A stretch of 64,000 bases of DNA from a bacterium (GCA_963675295.2 CAXXKJ010000002.1:3264001-3328000); one strand, 5' to 3'; counted from the stretch's first letter, positions 1 through 10,392 are shown. The notes: generated by a model not told the origin, from the sequence alone. Numbers and translations are program-made.

Positions 1-1095
1 TGGGAAAAAGTCTACGTTGGTGGTACAGGTGGTGAAATGTTCCTCGCGGACCCGCACGGCACTTTGTCTTGCACCGACTGCCATGCAGGCGTTGAAGGCA
101 TCAACAAAAAGGCAGACGCGCACGAAGGCGTGATCGCCGCACCCTCGATGAATTACGAGGAAACCTGCGGCCGTTGCCACAGCGACATCACGGCGACGTA
201 CTCAACCAGCCTGCATCAGAACTTCCACGGGTACGAGACTCTGTTCGAAACGCGTGCCGGGCTAACGTTTGAGGATCACCCGGAGATCGAGGAAGAGTTC
301 AACAACGAGTGCGGCAAGTGCCACACGACCTGTGGTGAGTGCCACGTCAGCCGTCCCCGTAGTGTGCAGGGCGGACTGGTCCAGGGCCACCGTTTCATGC
401 CGACGCCGAACCAGAGTGACCAGTGCACCGCGTGCCACGGGTCCCGTGTTGGCGAAGAGTATCTCGGGTCACGTGAAGGGTATTCATCCGACACGCACTA
501 CCTCCCGCACGGCATGAACTGCGTGTCCTGCCATACGGGTGAGGAGATGCACGGCGACGGTACGGTGTACGAGACGCGGTATCAGGAAAACGACATGCCG
601 CGTTGCGAGTTCTGCCATTCGACGGCTGAGGACGCGAACATCTACCACAGCATGCACTGGGACGAATTCCAGTGCCAGGTGTGCCACAGCCAGGACTACA
701 AGAACTGCAACCGTTGTCACGTTGGTGGTACCGGCATCCGTGAGGAAAGCTACATCACGTTCAAGGTTGGCAAGAATCCGATTCCGAACGAACGTGACTA
801 TGAATATGTCGTGCTGCGTCACATCCCGATCGCGGAGGATACGTACAGCCCGTGGGGCGTTGAGACGTTGCCGAACTATTCAGATTTGCCGACGTGGAAG
901 TATGCCAGCCCGCACAACATCCGCCGCTGGACAGCGCGGACGGACACGACCGGCGGTCTGACCTGTTCGCAGGCATGCCACCAGTCGGAAGATTACTTCC
1001 TGCGTGCGGCTGACCTTGAAGACATGACCCCGGCGGAACAGGCGGCGAATGTGGACTGCATCGTCCCGGATGGTCCGCCACCGTGGGATGACTAA
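1..1095 (+). CDS. Multiheme c-type cytochrome, 5'-truncated by the window edge
   Basis: Frame is open from base 1 (WEKVYVGGTGGE-MFL...). It has nine CxxCH motifs (CTDCH, CGRCH, CGKCH, CGECH, CTACH, CVSCH, CEFCH, CQVCH, CNRCH) plus one CxxxCH (CSQACH). Confidence 0.93.
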   Translation, partial: WEKVYVGGTGGEMFLADPHGTLSCTDCHAGVEGINKKADAHEGVIAAPSMNYEETCGRCHSDITATYSTSLHQNFHGYETLFETRAGLTFEDHPEIEEEFNNECGKCHTTCGECHVSRPRSVQGGLVQGHRFMPTPNQSDQCTACHGSRVGEEYLGSREGYSSDTHYLPHGMNCVSCHTGEEMHGDGTVYETRYQENDMPRCEFCHSTAEDANIYHSMHWDEFQCQVCHSQDYKNCNRCHVGGTGIREESYITFKVGKNPIPNERDYEYVVLRHIPIAEDTYSPWGVETLPNYSDLPTWKYASPHNIRRWTARTDTTGGLTCSQACHQSEDYFLRAADLEDMTPAEQAANVDCIVPDGPPPWDD

Positions 1096-1181
1096 ACAGC
1101 ATACGAAGTAAACCATAGCTAGCCTGTGGCGGGGTATGAAGCGTGCCCCGTCCGGACAAGAAAGAAGAAAGGGAAACCCCC

Positions 1182-2150
1182 ATGAAGTTGCTGAAGTCTT
1201 TGACCTGGATGTTCATTCTTTTGTTGGCGATCGGTTTCGTCGGCTGCTCCGATGACGACGACGATAACGACAACCCGACCGGCCCGACCACGACCGATCA
1301 TTTTGAAGACCTGTTCGCGTTAGACGGCGGTTTTGGCGACAACATCGCGTCTGATGCGCTGTACGCTGAGATGACCGGCACCACCCCGGCCGCCGGCGAG
1401 CTGTTCATGATCGACTTCCGTAGCGCGGAGCATTACAACTACGCGCATATCGACGGCGCTGTCAACTGGGCGATTACCGATCTGATGGACAACCTGGACC
1501 AGATCCCGGCCGATGCGAAGGTCGTCTGCATTTGCTACACCGGCCAGACCGCGTCCCAGGCCAGCTCGGCGTTGAACCTGCTCGGTTACGATGCCTGGAA
1601 CCTGAAGTTCGGTATGTGCGGCTGGACGACGAACGAAGACATCAACCTCGGCAAGTGGCCAAACCTCGCGGAAAATGATGTTCCGATGGTCACCGACCCG
1701 TACACGCTGGACGAAACGTTTGACTATCCGGCCCGTGAGCTGGAAACCGAAGACGTGATGGAAGCGGCGGAGTACTATCTCGACATGTACCTGTCCAACG
1801 GCACGAAAAACATGTCCTGCACCGCGGTCCACGAGCTCAGCATGAACGAAGTGACGATCCTGAACTACTGGAACGTCGACATGTACAACGACGGTCACCT
1901 CGCTGGCGCGGTTCAGGCGAATCCGATCGACATGGACGTTCTTGAAGGCGTCGATCCGGAACTGCCGGTGGTCGTGTATTGCCACACCGGTCAGACCTCG
2001 AGCAAGGTGGTTGCGTGGCTGAACATGCTCGGCTACGATGCCTACAGCATGCTGTACGGCGTGAACTCGATCGATCAGGAGTTCCCGGGCCTGGTGACGT
2101 ACCACGCGCCGGATCAGGACTACCCGTGCGTCGGAACGTTCGACGACTGA
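1182..2150 (+). CDS. Tandem rhodanese-domain (sulfurtransferase) lipoprotein
   Basis: Signal peptide with lipobox (IGFVG-C). Two rhodanese domains with loops CYTGQTA and CHTGQTS, and IDFRS...AHIDGAVN. Start moved to ATG 1182. Confidence 0.9.
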   Translation: MKLLKSLTWMFILLLAIGFVGCSDDDDDNDNPTGPTTTDHFEDLFALDGGFGDNIASDALYAEMTGTTPAAGELFMIDFRSAEHYNYAHIDGAVNWAITDLMDNLDQIPADAKVVCICYTGQTASQASSALNLLGYDAWNLKFGMCGWTTNEDINLGKWPNLAENDVPMVTDPYTLDETFDYPARELETEDVMEAAEYYLDMYLSNGTKNMSCTAVHELSMNEVTILNYWNVDMYNDGHLAGAVQANPIDMDVLEGVDPELPVVVYCHTGQTSSKVVAWLNMLGYDAYSMLYGVNSIDQEFPGLVTYHAPDQDYPCVGTFDD

Positions 2151-2188
2151 GTTTTCTTCTCTCCTCCTCCCCGTTCTTCGGAACGGAG

Positions 2189-2225
2189 GCAGCCGCACCT
2201 GTGATGGGTGCGGCTGTTTTTGTTT
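2189..2225 (+). terminator. Intrinsic terminator after the cytochrome-rhodanese operon
   Basis: GCAGCCGCACCT-loop-GGGTGCGGCTGT followed by a T-rich tract; a second hairpin CCGTTC-TTCG-GAACGG lies at 2171-2186. Confidence 0.8.
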
Positions 2226-2250
2226 GTGCGGAAAGTGGTCGACAGCAGGC

Positions 2251-4194
2251 TCAGTTGTCCTGTCGAATCTGAGCGATCCCGCGTTGAAGGCGTCCGGACC
2301 AGTACTCGTCCATCTCGAACGCGGCGGCCTTGTTGTAGTACTGGGCAGCCGTATCCGGATCGCCCTGCAATGTGGCGACCTGTCCGGCCATGACGTAGTA
2401 GGGGCCGGTGTGGTTGACAGCCTGCTTCCACCCGGCTTCGATCAGTTGCGCGGCGCTGTCGAGGTCGTGCTGGCCGAGGTAGTAGTCGGTGAGGAAGACG
2501 AAGTCCATATCCTCGCGGGACCCGTTGCTGATCGCGGTCTGCAGCCAGTGCAGGGCGTCTTCGTACTGGCGTTCGGACAGCAGCAGGCGTCCGTAGAACC
2601 CCTGCGCTGCGGGCAGTGGCGGGTCGGCGTTCGCGGCCTTGGCGGCCATCGTGAGGGCGGACGCGGTGTCGTTGCGTTCCCACGCGTCAATCTGGGCCAT
2701 GCGGTAGGCATAGCGTGGGTTGCCGGACAGGTCCCAGGCTTGCGTCAGGGCGTGGTACTCCTCGTTCGTGCGGCCAGCCTCACGATAGTTGATCGCGAGG
2801 ACTTCCCAGCCGTACGGTGCCCGTCCTGGGTTCCGCTGCAACGCACGTTCGTGGCGCTGTTCGGCGGCATGCTGATGATGCTGCAGCAGGGTTTGCGCGC
2901 CGGCGGTCATCAGGGCGACGACCACGGCCAGCGCGACGAAGGTCGAGCGTGGCACCAGCGACCGTTCACGGGCATACCCGAACAGCAGGAACGTCAACGG
3001 CACCGCCCACAGGCTGACAAGGTCGGCGTCCCGTGCCATCCCGAGGTCCGGGGAAAACACCGCCGCGAAACCGAACGCGGCGACAGTCGCGGTTGCACAA
3101 AACGCAAGACGCGGTGACAACGCGCCGCTGCCAGTCGTGGACGACGGCCGTGCCTGCAGGACCCACGGCAACAGCACAAACACCGGCACCGCCCCGGCCC
3201 ACAGGATCAGGTTCAGCAGGTCGAGCAAGTGCGTGGGTGCGAACAGGGTGTAGCCGTCCGGCGGTGGACTGCCGAGCGGTGCGAGCACGTGGTCCGGGAT
3301 CAACACCGCCGCAGCGATCAGCCCGGCAACCATGGACGCAAGCCACAGCCCCCAGCGCAGCCTGATGGACCGTACCGTCAGCAACAGCAGGAACGCCGGC
3401 AGCAGCACCAGTCCCTGGGCGTGCAGGGCGCTTGTCAACACGACCAGTCCCAGCGCAATCCACGCGTACCCCGGCCGGTCCTGAGCACGCCAGACCAGCA
3501 GACAAGCCCACGCGGTCAGCATGTGCAGCAGCGCGTAGTGTTCGACCAGCCCTGCCAGCAACGGCACCGAACCGATCCCGAAGGCGGTGACGATGGTCAG
3601 CAGGCGGCGTTTCGGGCCGTCGTCATCGCGTACCCACAGCCACCACGCCAGCGCGTAGCCGAGCAACGCAACGAGATCGATCCAACGGAACACGGTCCAG
3701 ACCGTCTCCGCGGACGGCTGCGGTCCACTTAACACCTTCGCGAGCTGATAGTACAGCGGGGCGAACTTGCTGCCTTCGCCGGAGGAGAGCACGATCAGTT
3801 GGCCGTCCCCACGCAGCAGCGTCGCCGCCGGGAACAGAATCAGCAGGACAATCGCCGCGAGGGTGTAAAGGAATACGATCCACAGGTTGGTACGTCGCTG
3901 GATGAACCGGCTGCTGGCAAAGCCCATCAGACCACCCGCCGCAGCGCAGATCCCCAGCCACAGGATGATCTGGATCGGAGTCTGGCCGTACAGGCCGTCC
4001 ACACCCCACAGCCGCCACATCGGCGGAGCGAAGATGGTCCCGCCCACAGCCGTAACCACCAGGATCGCACCGGCCAACGATCCCGTCAGCGACGCCTTCG
4101 GCAGCACAGTCTTCCCTGACCTGCCGCTGGGTGGCTCGGGATGTCCCGCGTCCTGTGGACTACCTGTCTGCTTCCCCCCTGCCATGCTCATCAT
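2251..4194 (-). CDS. Polytopic membrane protein with C-terminal TPR-like region
   Basis: Many hydrophobic segments followed by helical TPR-like repeats (YEDALHWLQTA, AAQYYNKA). Start overlaps the deaminase stop (ATGA). Confidence 0.75.
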   Translation of the reverse strand: MMSMAGGKQTGSPQDAGHPEPPSGRSGKTVLPKASLTGSLAGAILVVTAVGGTIFAPPMWRLWGVDGLYGQTPIQIILWLGICAAAGGLMGFASSRFIQRRTNLWIVFLYTLAAIVLLILFPAATLLRGDGQLIVLSSGEGSKFAPLYYQLAKVLSGPQPSAETVWTVFRWIDLVALLGYALAWWLWVRDDDGPKRRLLTIVTAFGIGSVPLLAGLVEHYALLHMLTAWACLLVWRAQDRPGYAWIALGLVVLTSALHAQGLVLLPAFLLLLTVRSIRLRWGLWLASMVAGLIAAAVLIPDHVLAPLGSPPPDGYTLFAPTHLLDLLNLILWAGAVPVFVLLPWVLQARPSSTTGSGALSPRLAFCATATVAAFGFAAVFSPDLGMARDADLVSLWAVPLTFLLFGYARERSLVPRSTFVALAVVVALMTAGAQTLLQHHQHAAEQRHERALQRNPGRAPYGWEVLAINYREAGRTNEEYHALTQAWDLSGNPRYAYRMAQIDAWERNDTASALTMAAKAANADPPLPAAQGFYGRLLLSERQYEDALHWLQTAISNGSREDMDFVFLTDYYLGQHDLDSAAQLIEAGWKQAVNHTGPYYVMAGQVATLQGDPDTAAQYYNKAAAFEMDEYWSGRLQRGIAQIRQDN

Positions 4195-4622
4195 TCACCG
4201 ATGTCTTCGTTCCACAGGTCGGGCTTCGCAGCGATGAAGTCACGCATCATCTGCTTGCATTCGTCCAGCTCGAGGTCGACCACTTCCACGCCGTGCTGTT
4301 CCATGAACGGTCGTGCGCCATCAAAGGTCTCGCTCTCCCCGACAATCACCTTCGGAATGCGGAACTGCACCACGGTCCCCGCGCACATGTAACACGGCAT
4401 CAGCGTCGAATACAACACCGTGTCCCGGTACGAACCGATCCGTCCGGCGCTACGCAGGGCGTCGGTCTCGGCATGTGTCATCGGGTCATCGTCCTGCACC
4501 CGTTTGTTGTGCCCACGTCCCACGATCTCCCCGTTCCGCACCAGCACGCTGCCAATCGGAATCCCACCTTCCGCCAATCCCTTCCGGGCTTCGTCAATCG
4601 CCGCCTGCATGAACTTATCCAT
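4191..4622 (-). CDS. Zn-dependent nucleoside/cytosine deaminase
   Basis: HAE and PCYMC motifs, GRGHNKRVQ; resembles yeast-type cytosine deaminase. Start at MDKFMQAA. Confidence 0.9.
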   Translation of the reverse strand: MDKFMQAAIDEARKGLAEGGIPIGSVLVRNGEIVGRGHNKRVQDDDPMTHAETDALRSAGRIGSYRDTVLYSTLMPCYMCAGTVVQFRIPKVIVGESETFDGARPFMEQHGVEVVDLELDECKQMMRDFIAAKPDLWNEDIGE

Positions 4623-4728
4623 CAGAACCTCGTGTGGTATCCTCGAATAAATCTCAGAAAGTACTGTCCAAATGTACACACCCGCCCGAAATCGTACTAT
4701 GTTAATGATAGGTGGGTGAGGCAATGGA

Positions 4729-4800
4729 CAGTGTTCAGTGGCCAGTACTCATTAATCAGTGGTCTGTGAACCAGACACTCACAACTCACCACTCACAACT
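4729..4800. repeat. Degenerate 7-nt tandem array (CAGTNNN units then ACTCACA/ACTCACC units)
   Basis: cagtgtt cagtggc cagtact cattaat cagtggt ... actcaca actcacc actcaca. Confidence 0.6.
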
Positions 4801-4926
4801 GTCTGCACCCGCAGCCAATGTACAACACGCGGACGCCGGTTTCTCCGCGCGGGCAGCATAATCCCGCCCGCCGGTAATGATCGCACAGCGCAGTACGGGT
4901 CCAATCAATCGCGGAAGGAGGGCACC

Positions 4927-6951
4927 ATGCACAGGGCACTGAGGTTGTTTCTACTGGCCGCACTTCTCCTCGCCTGCGGCACGGTTTACGCCGACGACAC
5001 CGGGAAGATCTGGGGCATGGTGGTTGACAAAGCCACCGGCGAGCCGATCATCGGCGCGAATGTCATCATCGAAGGAACCAGCCGTGGCGCGGCGTCGGAT
5101 CTGGACGGCTTCTTTGTCATCCTCGCCGTTGTGCCGGGCACGTACAACGTGAGCGCGTCGGCTGTCGGCTATGCGAAGGTCACGATCAAGGACGTGATCG
5201 TCGAAGCCGAAAAGACCACCGATCTCGAGTTCGAGCTGGAAGGATCTTCGGTTCAGCTGGAAGACGTCATCCTGGTCTACGAAAAACCATCCGTGGAAAA
5301 AGGTGTCACGTCCAATGTGACGCGGTACAGTGCGGAAGACGTACAGTATCAGGCCGATCCGGATGCTGTGGCCGTTCTAAGAGCCACACCCGGCTTCAAG
5401 GTTGATCAGGAAGGGAAGATCATCATTCGCCAGAACGGCGAGTACATTGGTCTCCCTCGCAACGCACCTCCACCCAGGTCCCCCGTACAGCCTCCGATCC
5501 AGCCTCTGCCGATGGAAGATCGGGAAACCTTCGGCGAGTGGATTCCCAATACGTGGGAGCGTGCTGATGTCAACCCCCTGTCGACATTCTCCATTGACGT
5601 GGACAAGGCATCCTACACACGTACTCGCCGGTATTTACTTGACGACACCCTGCCGCCGTCGGAATCGGTTCGTATCGAAGAACTGGTCAACTTTTTCGAA
5701 TACGAGTATGAGTCTCCGGATCACGATAAACCGTTTTCGATCACGACCGAGCTGGCTGCCTGCCCGTGGAATGAGGATCACCAACTGCTTCACATCGGCC
5801 TGCAGGGACGACAGTATGATTACGATGACATTCCGCCAGCAAATTTCGTCTTCCTCATTGATGTGTCCGGCTCAATGGAACCTGGTGATAAGCTTCCATT
5901 GTTGAAAAAGGGATTGCGGATGCTGGTCGAACGATTGCGTCCGCAGGATCGCGTCGCACTTGTAACCTATGCGGATGACGCAGCCGTTTACTTACCCTCC
6001 ACAAGCGGCAGGGACAAGAATGTCATCCTCGCAAGCATTAATGGCCTTCGTGCAAGTGGTTGGACTGCGGGTGGTGCCGGAATCATGCTAGCGTATGATA
6101 CTGCTGCGGAGAACTTTGATTCCGAACGCAACAACCGTGTCATTCTGTGCACCGACGGCGACTTCAACGTTGGACTGCAATCGACGGAGGCGCTGGATTC
6201 CCTGATAAGCGTCAAGCGGGAAGGCGGCTTTTTCCTCACCGTAATGGGATTTGGTGCCAAGATCACTCAGCACCAGAAAATGGAAATCCTCGCCGACCGG
6301 GGAAATGGTGTCTATTACTACGTGGACGACATCCTCGAGGCGAAGCGCGTTTTCAGCGAGGATCTCGGATCGCTACTGACCATCGCCAAGGATGTCAAGC
6401 TGCAGGTGGAATTCAACCCGGTTGAGGTTGCGGAATATCGGCTGATTGGCTACGAAAACCGGCTGCTGGATGACGAGGACTTCGACGACGACACCAAAGA
6501 CGCTGGCGAATTCGGTGCGGGCCAGTCAGTTACTGTACTGTACGAAATCGTTCCACAGGCAAACCTGCAACGCGCGGGCAAGCGCTTCATGCGCTACCAG
6601 CGCAGCATTTTGACAGAGGAAGCGTTCTGGAGCAACGAGATTGTCACTGTCAACATTCGCTACAAACGCCCGAGCAGTGACGAAAGCACGCTGCTGGTTC
6701 TGCACGGTCAAGCGGACGCATCCAGCCTCGATCAAGCCAGCAGTAACTTCCGTTGGGCTGCGGCAGTGGCTGAGTTTGGTCTGCTTTTACGTGGATCGGA
6801 CCAGAAAGGCAGTGCGACATACGATCACGTGATTGATCTTGCCCGAAACGCGCGCGGAGTCGATTTGGAAGGTACCCGCGCTGAGTTCATTCATCTGGCT
6901 GAACGGGCTCAACTTCTTGCTGAACCGCAGGTCGCGGACGTAGAGGACTGA
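4927..6951 (+). CDS. Secreted vWA-domain protein (YfbK-like) with N-terminal carboxypeptidase-regulatory-like domain
   Basis: Signal peptide; GKIWGMVVDKATGEPIIGANV; LSTFSIDVDKASY; MIDAS DVSGSM; TDGDFNVG; YRLIGYENR. RBS AGGAGG precedes ATG 4927. Confidence 0.88.
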   Translation: MHRALRLFLLAALLLACGTVYADDTGKIWGMVVDKATGEPIIGANVIIEGTSRGAASDLDGFFVILAVVPGTYNVSASAVGYAKVTIKDVIVEAEKTTDLEFELEGSSVQLEDVILVYEKPSVEKGVTSNVTRYSAEDVQYQADPDAVAVLRATPGFKVDQEGKIIIRQNGEYIGLPRNAPPPRSPVQPPIQPLPMEDRETFGEWIPNTWERADVNPLSTFSIDVDKASYTRTRRYLLDDTLPPSESVRIEELVNFFEYEYESPDHDKPFSITTELAACPWNEDHQLLHIGLQGRQYDYDDIPPANFVFLIDVSGSMEPGDKLPLLKKGLRMLVERLRPQDRVALVTYADDAAVYLPSTSGRDKNVILASINGLRASGWTAGGAGIMLAYDTAAENFDSERNNRVILCTDGDFNVGLQSTEALDSLISVKREGGFFLTVMGFGAKITQHQKMEILADRGNGVYYYVDDILEAKRVFSEDLGSLLTIAKDVKLQVEFNPVEVAEYRLIGYENRLLDDEDFDDDTKDAGEFGAGQSVTVLYEIVPQANLQRAGKRFMRYQRSILTEEAFWSNEIVTVNIRYKRPSSDESTLLVLHGQADASSLDQASSNFRWAAAVAEFGLLLRGSDQKGSATYDHVIDLARNARGVDLEGTRAEFIHLAERAQLLAEPQVADVED

Positions 6952-6957
6952 TCCATC

Positions 6958-8067
6958 ATGACGACAACCCGGCAGCCAGTCGAGCTGGACAGCACCACGC
7001 TTGACTGGCTGCTCGATTCACGCGATCCGGCATTACGGGCGATGGTGTTGACCGATCTGCTGGACCGCGCAGACAACGACCCCGAGGTACTGGACGCACG
7101 GTCGCGGATACCGGAGCAACCTTACGCGAAGGCGGCATTGGATGCCATCACTTCCGGCCGGATCTGGGATCACACGTTCTATATCAAATACCGTGGCATC
7201 AGTTGGACCATGGCGCATTTGAGCGAGATCGGTGTGCCGGGCGATCACCCCGCAATCCAGACGGGGATCGAGCATATCCTCGAGACCCCGAAGGCTGCGA
7301 ATCGGATGAAGAATTGGTCCGGTCCACCGCTCAAGGGTGCGGAACCGGTGTATTGGATGGCAGCGTTTCCGTGCCTCACCGCACGCATGGCGACTGTCCT
7401 CGCCCGCTATGGACTGGCGGATCACGAGGTCACCCGTGGTGCACGGGCATTCCTGTTGGCGATGCCCCAGCCGGTGATCGGCTTCGCCTGCCGGGTGATT
7501 GACGACTATTCCCTGCTGCCCGGCTGCATCATGACGGTGCCGGAAGTGCTGAAAAGCTGGCTCACGATCCCCACGGACGAGCGCACACCTGAGGAGAACA
7601 CGGCCATCCGTGAAGTGGTCGCGTTGTTGTGGAAGCACGAGTTGTACAAGTATGTCCCGGTCGCGGCAAAGGAGTACGGGGAAGCGATCTACGGCAAGAA
7701 GGTAAAGGAAATCCGCGAGCTGAAGCAGCAGTGGACCGACGCCGGCCGGCTCGAACCACGCAAGGAAAAGACCGGTTGGCTGAAGTTCAGCTTCCCGTTG
7801 ACCTACAACCCCGACCTGCTCGAGCTGCTGCTGGTCCTGGGCGAGGCCCGGCGTCAGTTCGGTGAGAAACTGGTCCCGCGTGATGCGATTTTGGATGACG
7901 CGTTGCAGCGTCTGCTAGACCGTCGCAACCCGGACGGCCGCTGGAAACTGACCGGCGGCATCAACGGCAAGATGTGGGCGAATCTCGACCAGAAAGGCAA
8001 GCCGAGCCCGTGGATCACCTATCGCGCGCATCGAGCGCTCGCTTTGCTCGATCCTGCCGCTGCCTGA
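6958..8067 (+). CDS. Conserved hypothetical protein, prenyltransferase/squalene-cyclase-like repeat fold
   Basis: DWLLDSRDPALR, FSFPLTYNPDLLE, RRNPDGRW and GKPSPWIT motifs typical of this uncharacterised family. Confidence 0.7.
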   Translation: MTTTRQPVELDSTTLDWLLDSRDPALRAMVLTDLLDRADNDPEVLDARSRIPEQPYAKAALDAITSGRIWDHTFYIKYRGISWTMAHLSEIGVPGDHPAIQTGIEHILETPKAANRMKNWSGPPLKGAEPVYWMAAFPCLTARMATVLARYGLADHEVTRGARAFLLAMPQPVIGFACRVIDDYSLLPGCIMTVPEVLKSWLTIPTDERTPEENTAIREVVALLWKHELYKYVPVAAKEYGEAIYGKKVKEIRELKQQWTDAGRLEPRKEKTGWLKFSFPLTYNPDLLELLLVLGEARRQFGEKLVPRDAILDDALQRLLDRRNPDGRWKLTGGINGKMWANLDQKGKPSPWITYRAHRALALLDPAAA

Positions 8068-8169
8068 CCGATCTCGCAGGCCGAGCCCGTTCCCGTTGAA
8101 ACCCTGCCACCACAACCCCGGTATCACAGACAACAGAACAGGGTTTGGTAGCCACGGAAGGATGCGGGA

Positions 8170-8598
8170 GTGCGATTGCAACGACGGGATGGCTGGCGTG
8201 AGCCGGCACGTGATCTGGGACTGTTGGCGCTACGGTTGTCGGTTGGGTTGATGATGCTGCTGGCGCATGGCTGGCCGAAGCTGAGCAATTACGGCGAGCT
8301 GCTGGAGAAATTCCCCGATCCACTGGGCATGGGCAGCGGGTTGAGCCTGTTCCTCGCGGTCTCGTCCGAGGTCGGGGCCAGCGTGCTGATCATCGCTGGT
8401 CTGCTGACACGGCTGGCGTCGGTGCCGCTACTGATCACGATGCTCGTCGCCGGGTTCGTCGTGCACGGTTCCGACCCCTTCGCGACACAGGAAAAGGCAT
8501 TCGTGTACGCCGTAGCTTACCTCGCGTTGATCCTCACCGGCCCGGGACGGCTGTCGCTGGACAACCTGCTCCACTCCCGCCTGTGGTTGAAACGGTAA
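8170..8598 (+). CDS. DoxX family membrane protein
   Basis: LLALRLSVG...AHGWPKL, GLLTRLA, GPGRLSLD. Confidence 0.9.
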   Translation: MRLQRRDGWREPARDLGLLALRLSVGLMMLLAHGWPKLSNYGELLEKFPDPLGMGSGLSLFLAVSSEVGASVLIIAGLLTRLASVPLLITMLVAGFVVHGSDPFATQEKAFVYAVAYLALILTGPGRLSLDNLLHSRLWLKR

Positions 8599-8645
8599 CG
8601 GGTGTCTTCGTCTGCGGGAGCGTTCGAGCAGCACTCCACGACGAT

Positions 8646-10307
8646 CTAGTGCAGCAACACGATTTTGTGAGTCGAGCGTTCTTTTCCGGCCAACGTAACC
8701 AGGTATAGTCCCGTGCCCGCGGATACCACTGAATCACGGGGGTTCCAGTTGTGTTTCAGCAATTCGCCGGGCTGTCCATGTAGATTTGCCTGGTAGACCA
8801 GTTGACCGAGAACGTTGTGGATACGGATGTGAGCCTCACCCAATCCGTCTGCTTGCAGGGTGATCCGGAACGAACCGTTGCTCGGATTCGGATAGACAGT
8901 GGCAAGTGTCTGAGTTGCCGGCATTGGATCCGGTTCATCAACGTCGCTGAAGATCTGAGGCTGATACAAGCGGTTCCCGCCGACATTGCAACCGGGCATC
9001 GGCCATTCCAAGCTGTAATCACCACCCTCCATGGGAACATCGTACGCGGCAATCTGCCCATTGGGATTAAACGTCACCATGATCATCGACCCCGCCTCAG
9101 GTGGAAAACAGGCGGTTTGCCCATAAATGTACACCGGGTATGTTATCGGAACGTTGATCGGAAAACCGGAGATAGGTTGATTCAATTCGTAGCCGTAAAG
9201 CTTGCAGTTTGAAGGTGAATTTGGGGATAGCAAGAAGATGCGCGCACTGGATGAACCGATCCTGCGAAGTACAACAGGTGGCTCTCCCGCACCCACGACA
9301 TTTGGCATTTCAATCGGAAATCCGGGGAAGCTGCTCCCATCGGTTCGAAATGCGTATAGATGTTCGTCAAATGGATGAAAGAGAAGCTCAGGAACCGCGT
9401 CCCCATCGAGATCAGCAGCAACAACGTCATAACTAACTTCACTTACGCCGTTGATATAAGGATTGCGAACTGGAAATCCCGACAGAGATTGCCCCTGCTC
9501 ATCAAATGCGTACAATGAGTCCTTATCCACGAAAGTGAGGAACCATCCCTCGGCATCAGAAATCAGTGTCAGCGGTGAGTAAGTGGCGTCCACATCAATC
9601 GCGACAGGATATCCCGCGATATCCTCTCCAGATTGCAGGTATTTCGCCTGGATTGTCGTACCCGTTGTCCAGAATATCGCAGGGTCAGCGTGCCAGTTAT
9701 CGCCGATTCCAAGACAGGGAGCGCCGAAGTAGGCAGCCTCCACGACCCCGGCATATTTGGGAAATCCAGGGAGTGAACTTCCGTCGCCGTTGAGTCCATA
9801 GACCAAAGAATCAGCAACAAAAAACAACTCGTCATAGTCATCATCGTCAACATTGATCAGAACGTGAGCCCCGAATGGCCTGTTCATTGCCGCTGGTGGT
9901 GGCAGGTTCAGATCAAACAGCAAGCGTTCACCTTCCAGCGAGTACACGTAGATTTTGTTTCCCTCGTCCTGTTGCCATAACCGAATAACGAACTCCAGCT
10001 GCTCATCCCCAAGGAGGTTGCCCCAGCGAATCCCCTGGACAAGCAATCCATCCTGACCATAATCAAGCTCAATTGGCCAACCAGGCAGGAACTGGCCGTC
10101 TGTCGTTAACAACGCAATGCACTGGTTCGTACTGACTGAGATCACATCACCATACTCGGGAATCGTGCCCACGGCCAGATTGTTCGCCGTCCCACTTGCA
10201 CCAGCCGGCGAAATCTGCTGCGGCCAACCCGGCCGAAGCTGGGGTTGCCCCATCACGGATAAAGCATAAATCGGCAGCATACTAAGACATATAAAAACTT
10301 TCAACAT
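8646..10307 (-). CDS. Secreted FG-GAP-like repeat protein with T9SS-type CTD
   Basis: Signal peptide; repeated LPGWP/LPGFP and DxDGD motifs; C-terminal VYPNPSN...HNVLGQLV...KIVLLH. Confidence 0.85.
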   Translation of the reverse strand: MLKVFICLSMLPIYALSVMGQPQLRPGWPQQISPAGASGTANNLAVGTIPEYGDVISVSTNQCIALLTTDGQFLPGWPIELDYGQDGLLVQGIRWGNLLGDEQLEFVIRLWQQDEGNKIYVYSLEGERLLFDLNLPPPAAMNRPFGAHVLINVDDDDYDELFFVADSLVYGLNGDGSSLPGFPKYAGVVEAAYFGAPCLGIGDNWHADPAIFWTTGTTIQAKYLQSGEDIAGYPVAIDVDATYSPLTLISDAEGWFLTFVDKDSLYAFDEQGQSLSGFPVRNPYINGVSEVSYDVVAADLDGDAVPELLFHPFDEHLYAFRTDGSSFPGFPIEMPNVVGAGEPPVVLRRIGSSSARIFLLSPNSPSNCKLYGYELNQPISGFPINVPITYPVYIYGQTACFPPEAGSMIMVTFNPNGQIAAYDVPMEGGDYSLEWPMPGCNVGGNRLYQPQIFSDVDEPDPMPATQTLATVYPNPSNGSFRITLQADGLGEAHIRIHNVLGQLVYQANLHGQPGELLKHNWNPRDSVVSAGTGLYLVTLAGKERSTHKIVLLH

Positions 10308-10392
10308 TTTGCCAAACTCCCGAGCTTAGTTGACATCGACGTATTAATGTATTCACTATATACTAGCGGAGCAAACATCTGAGGAGAATACG

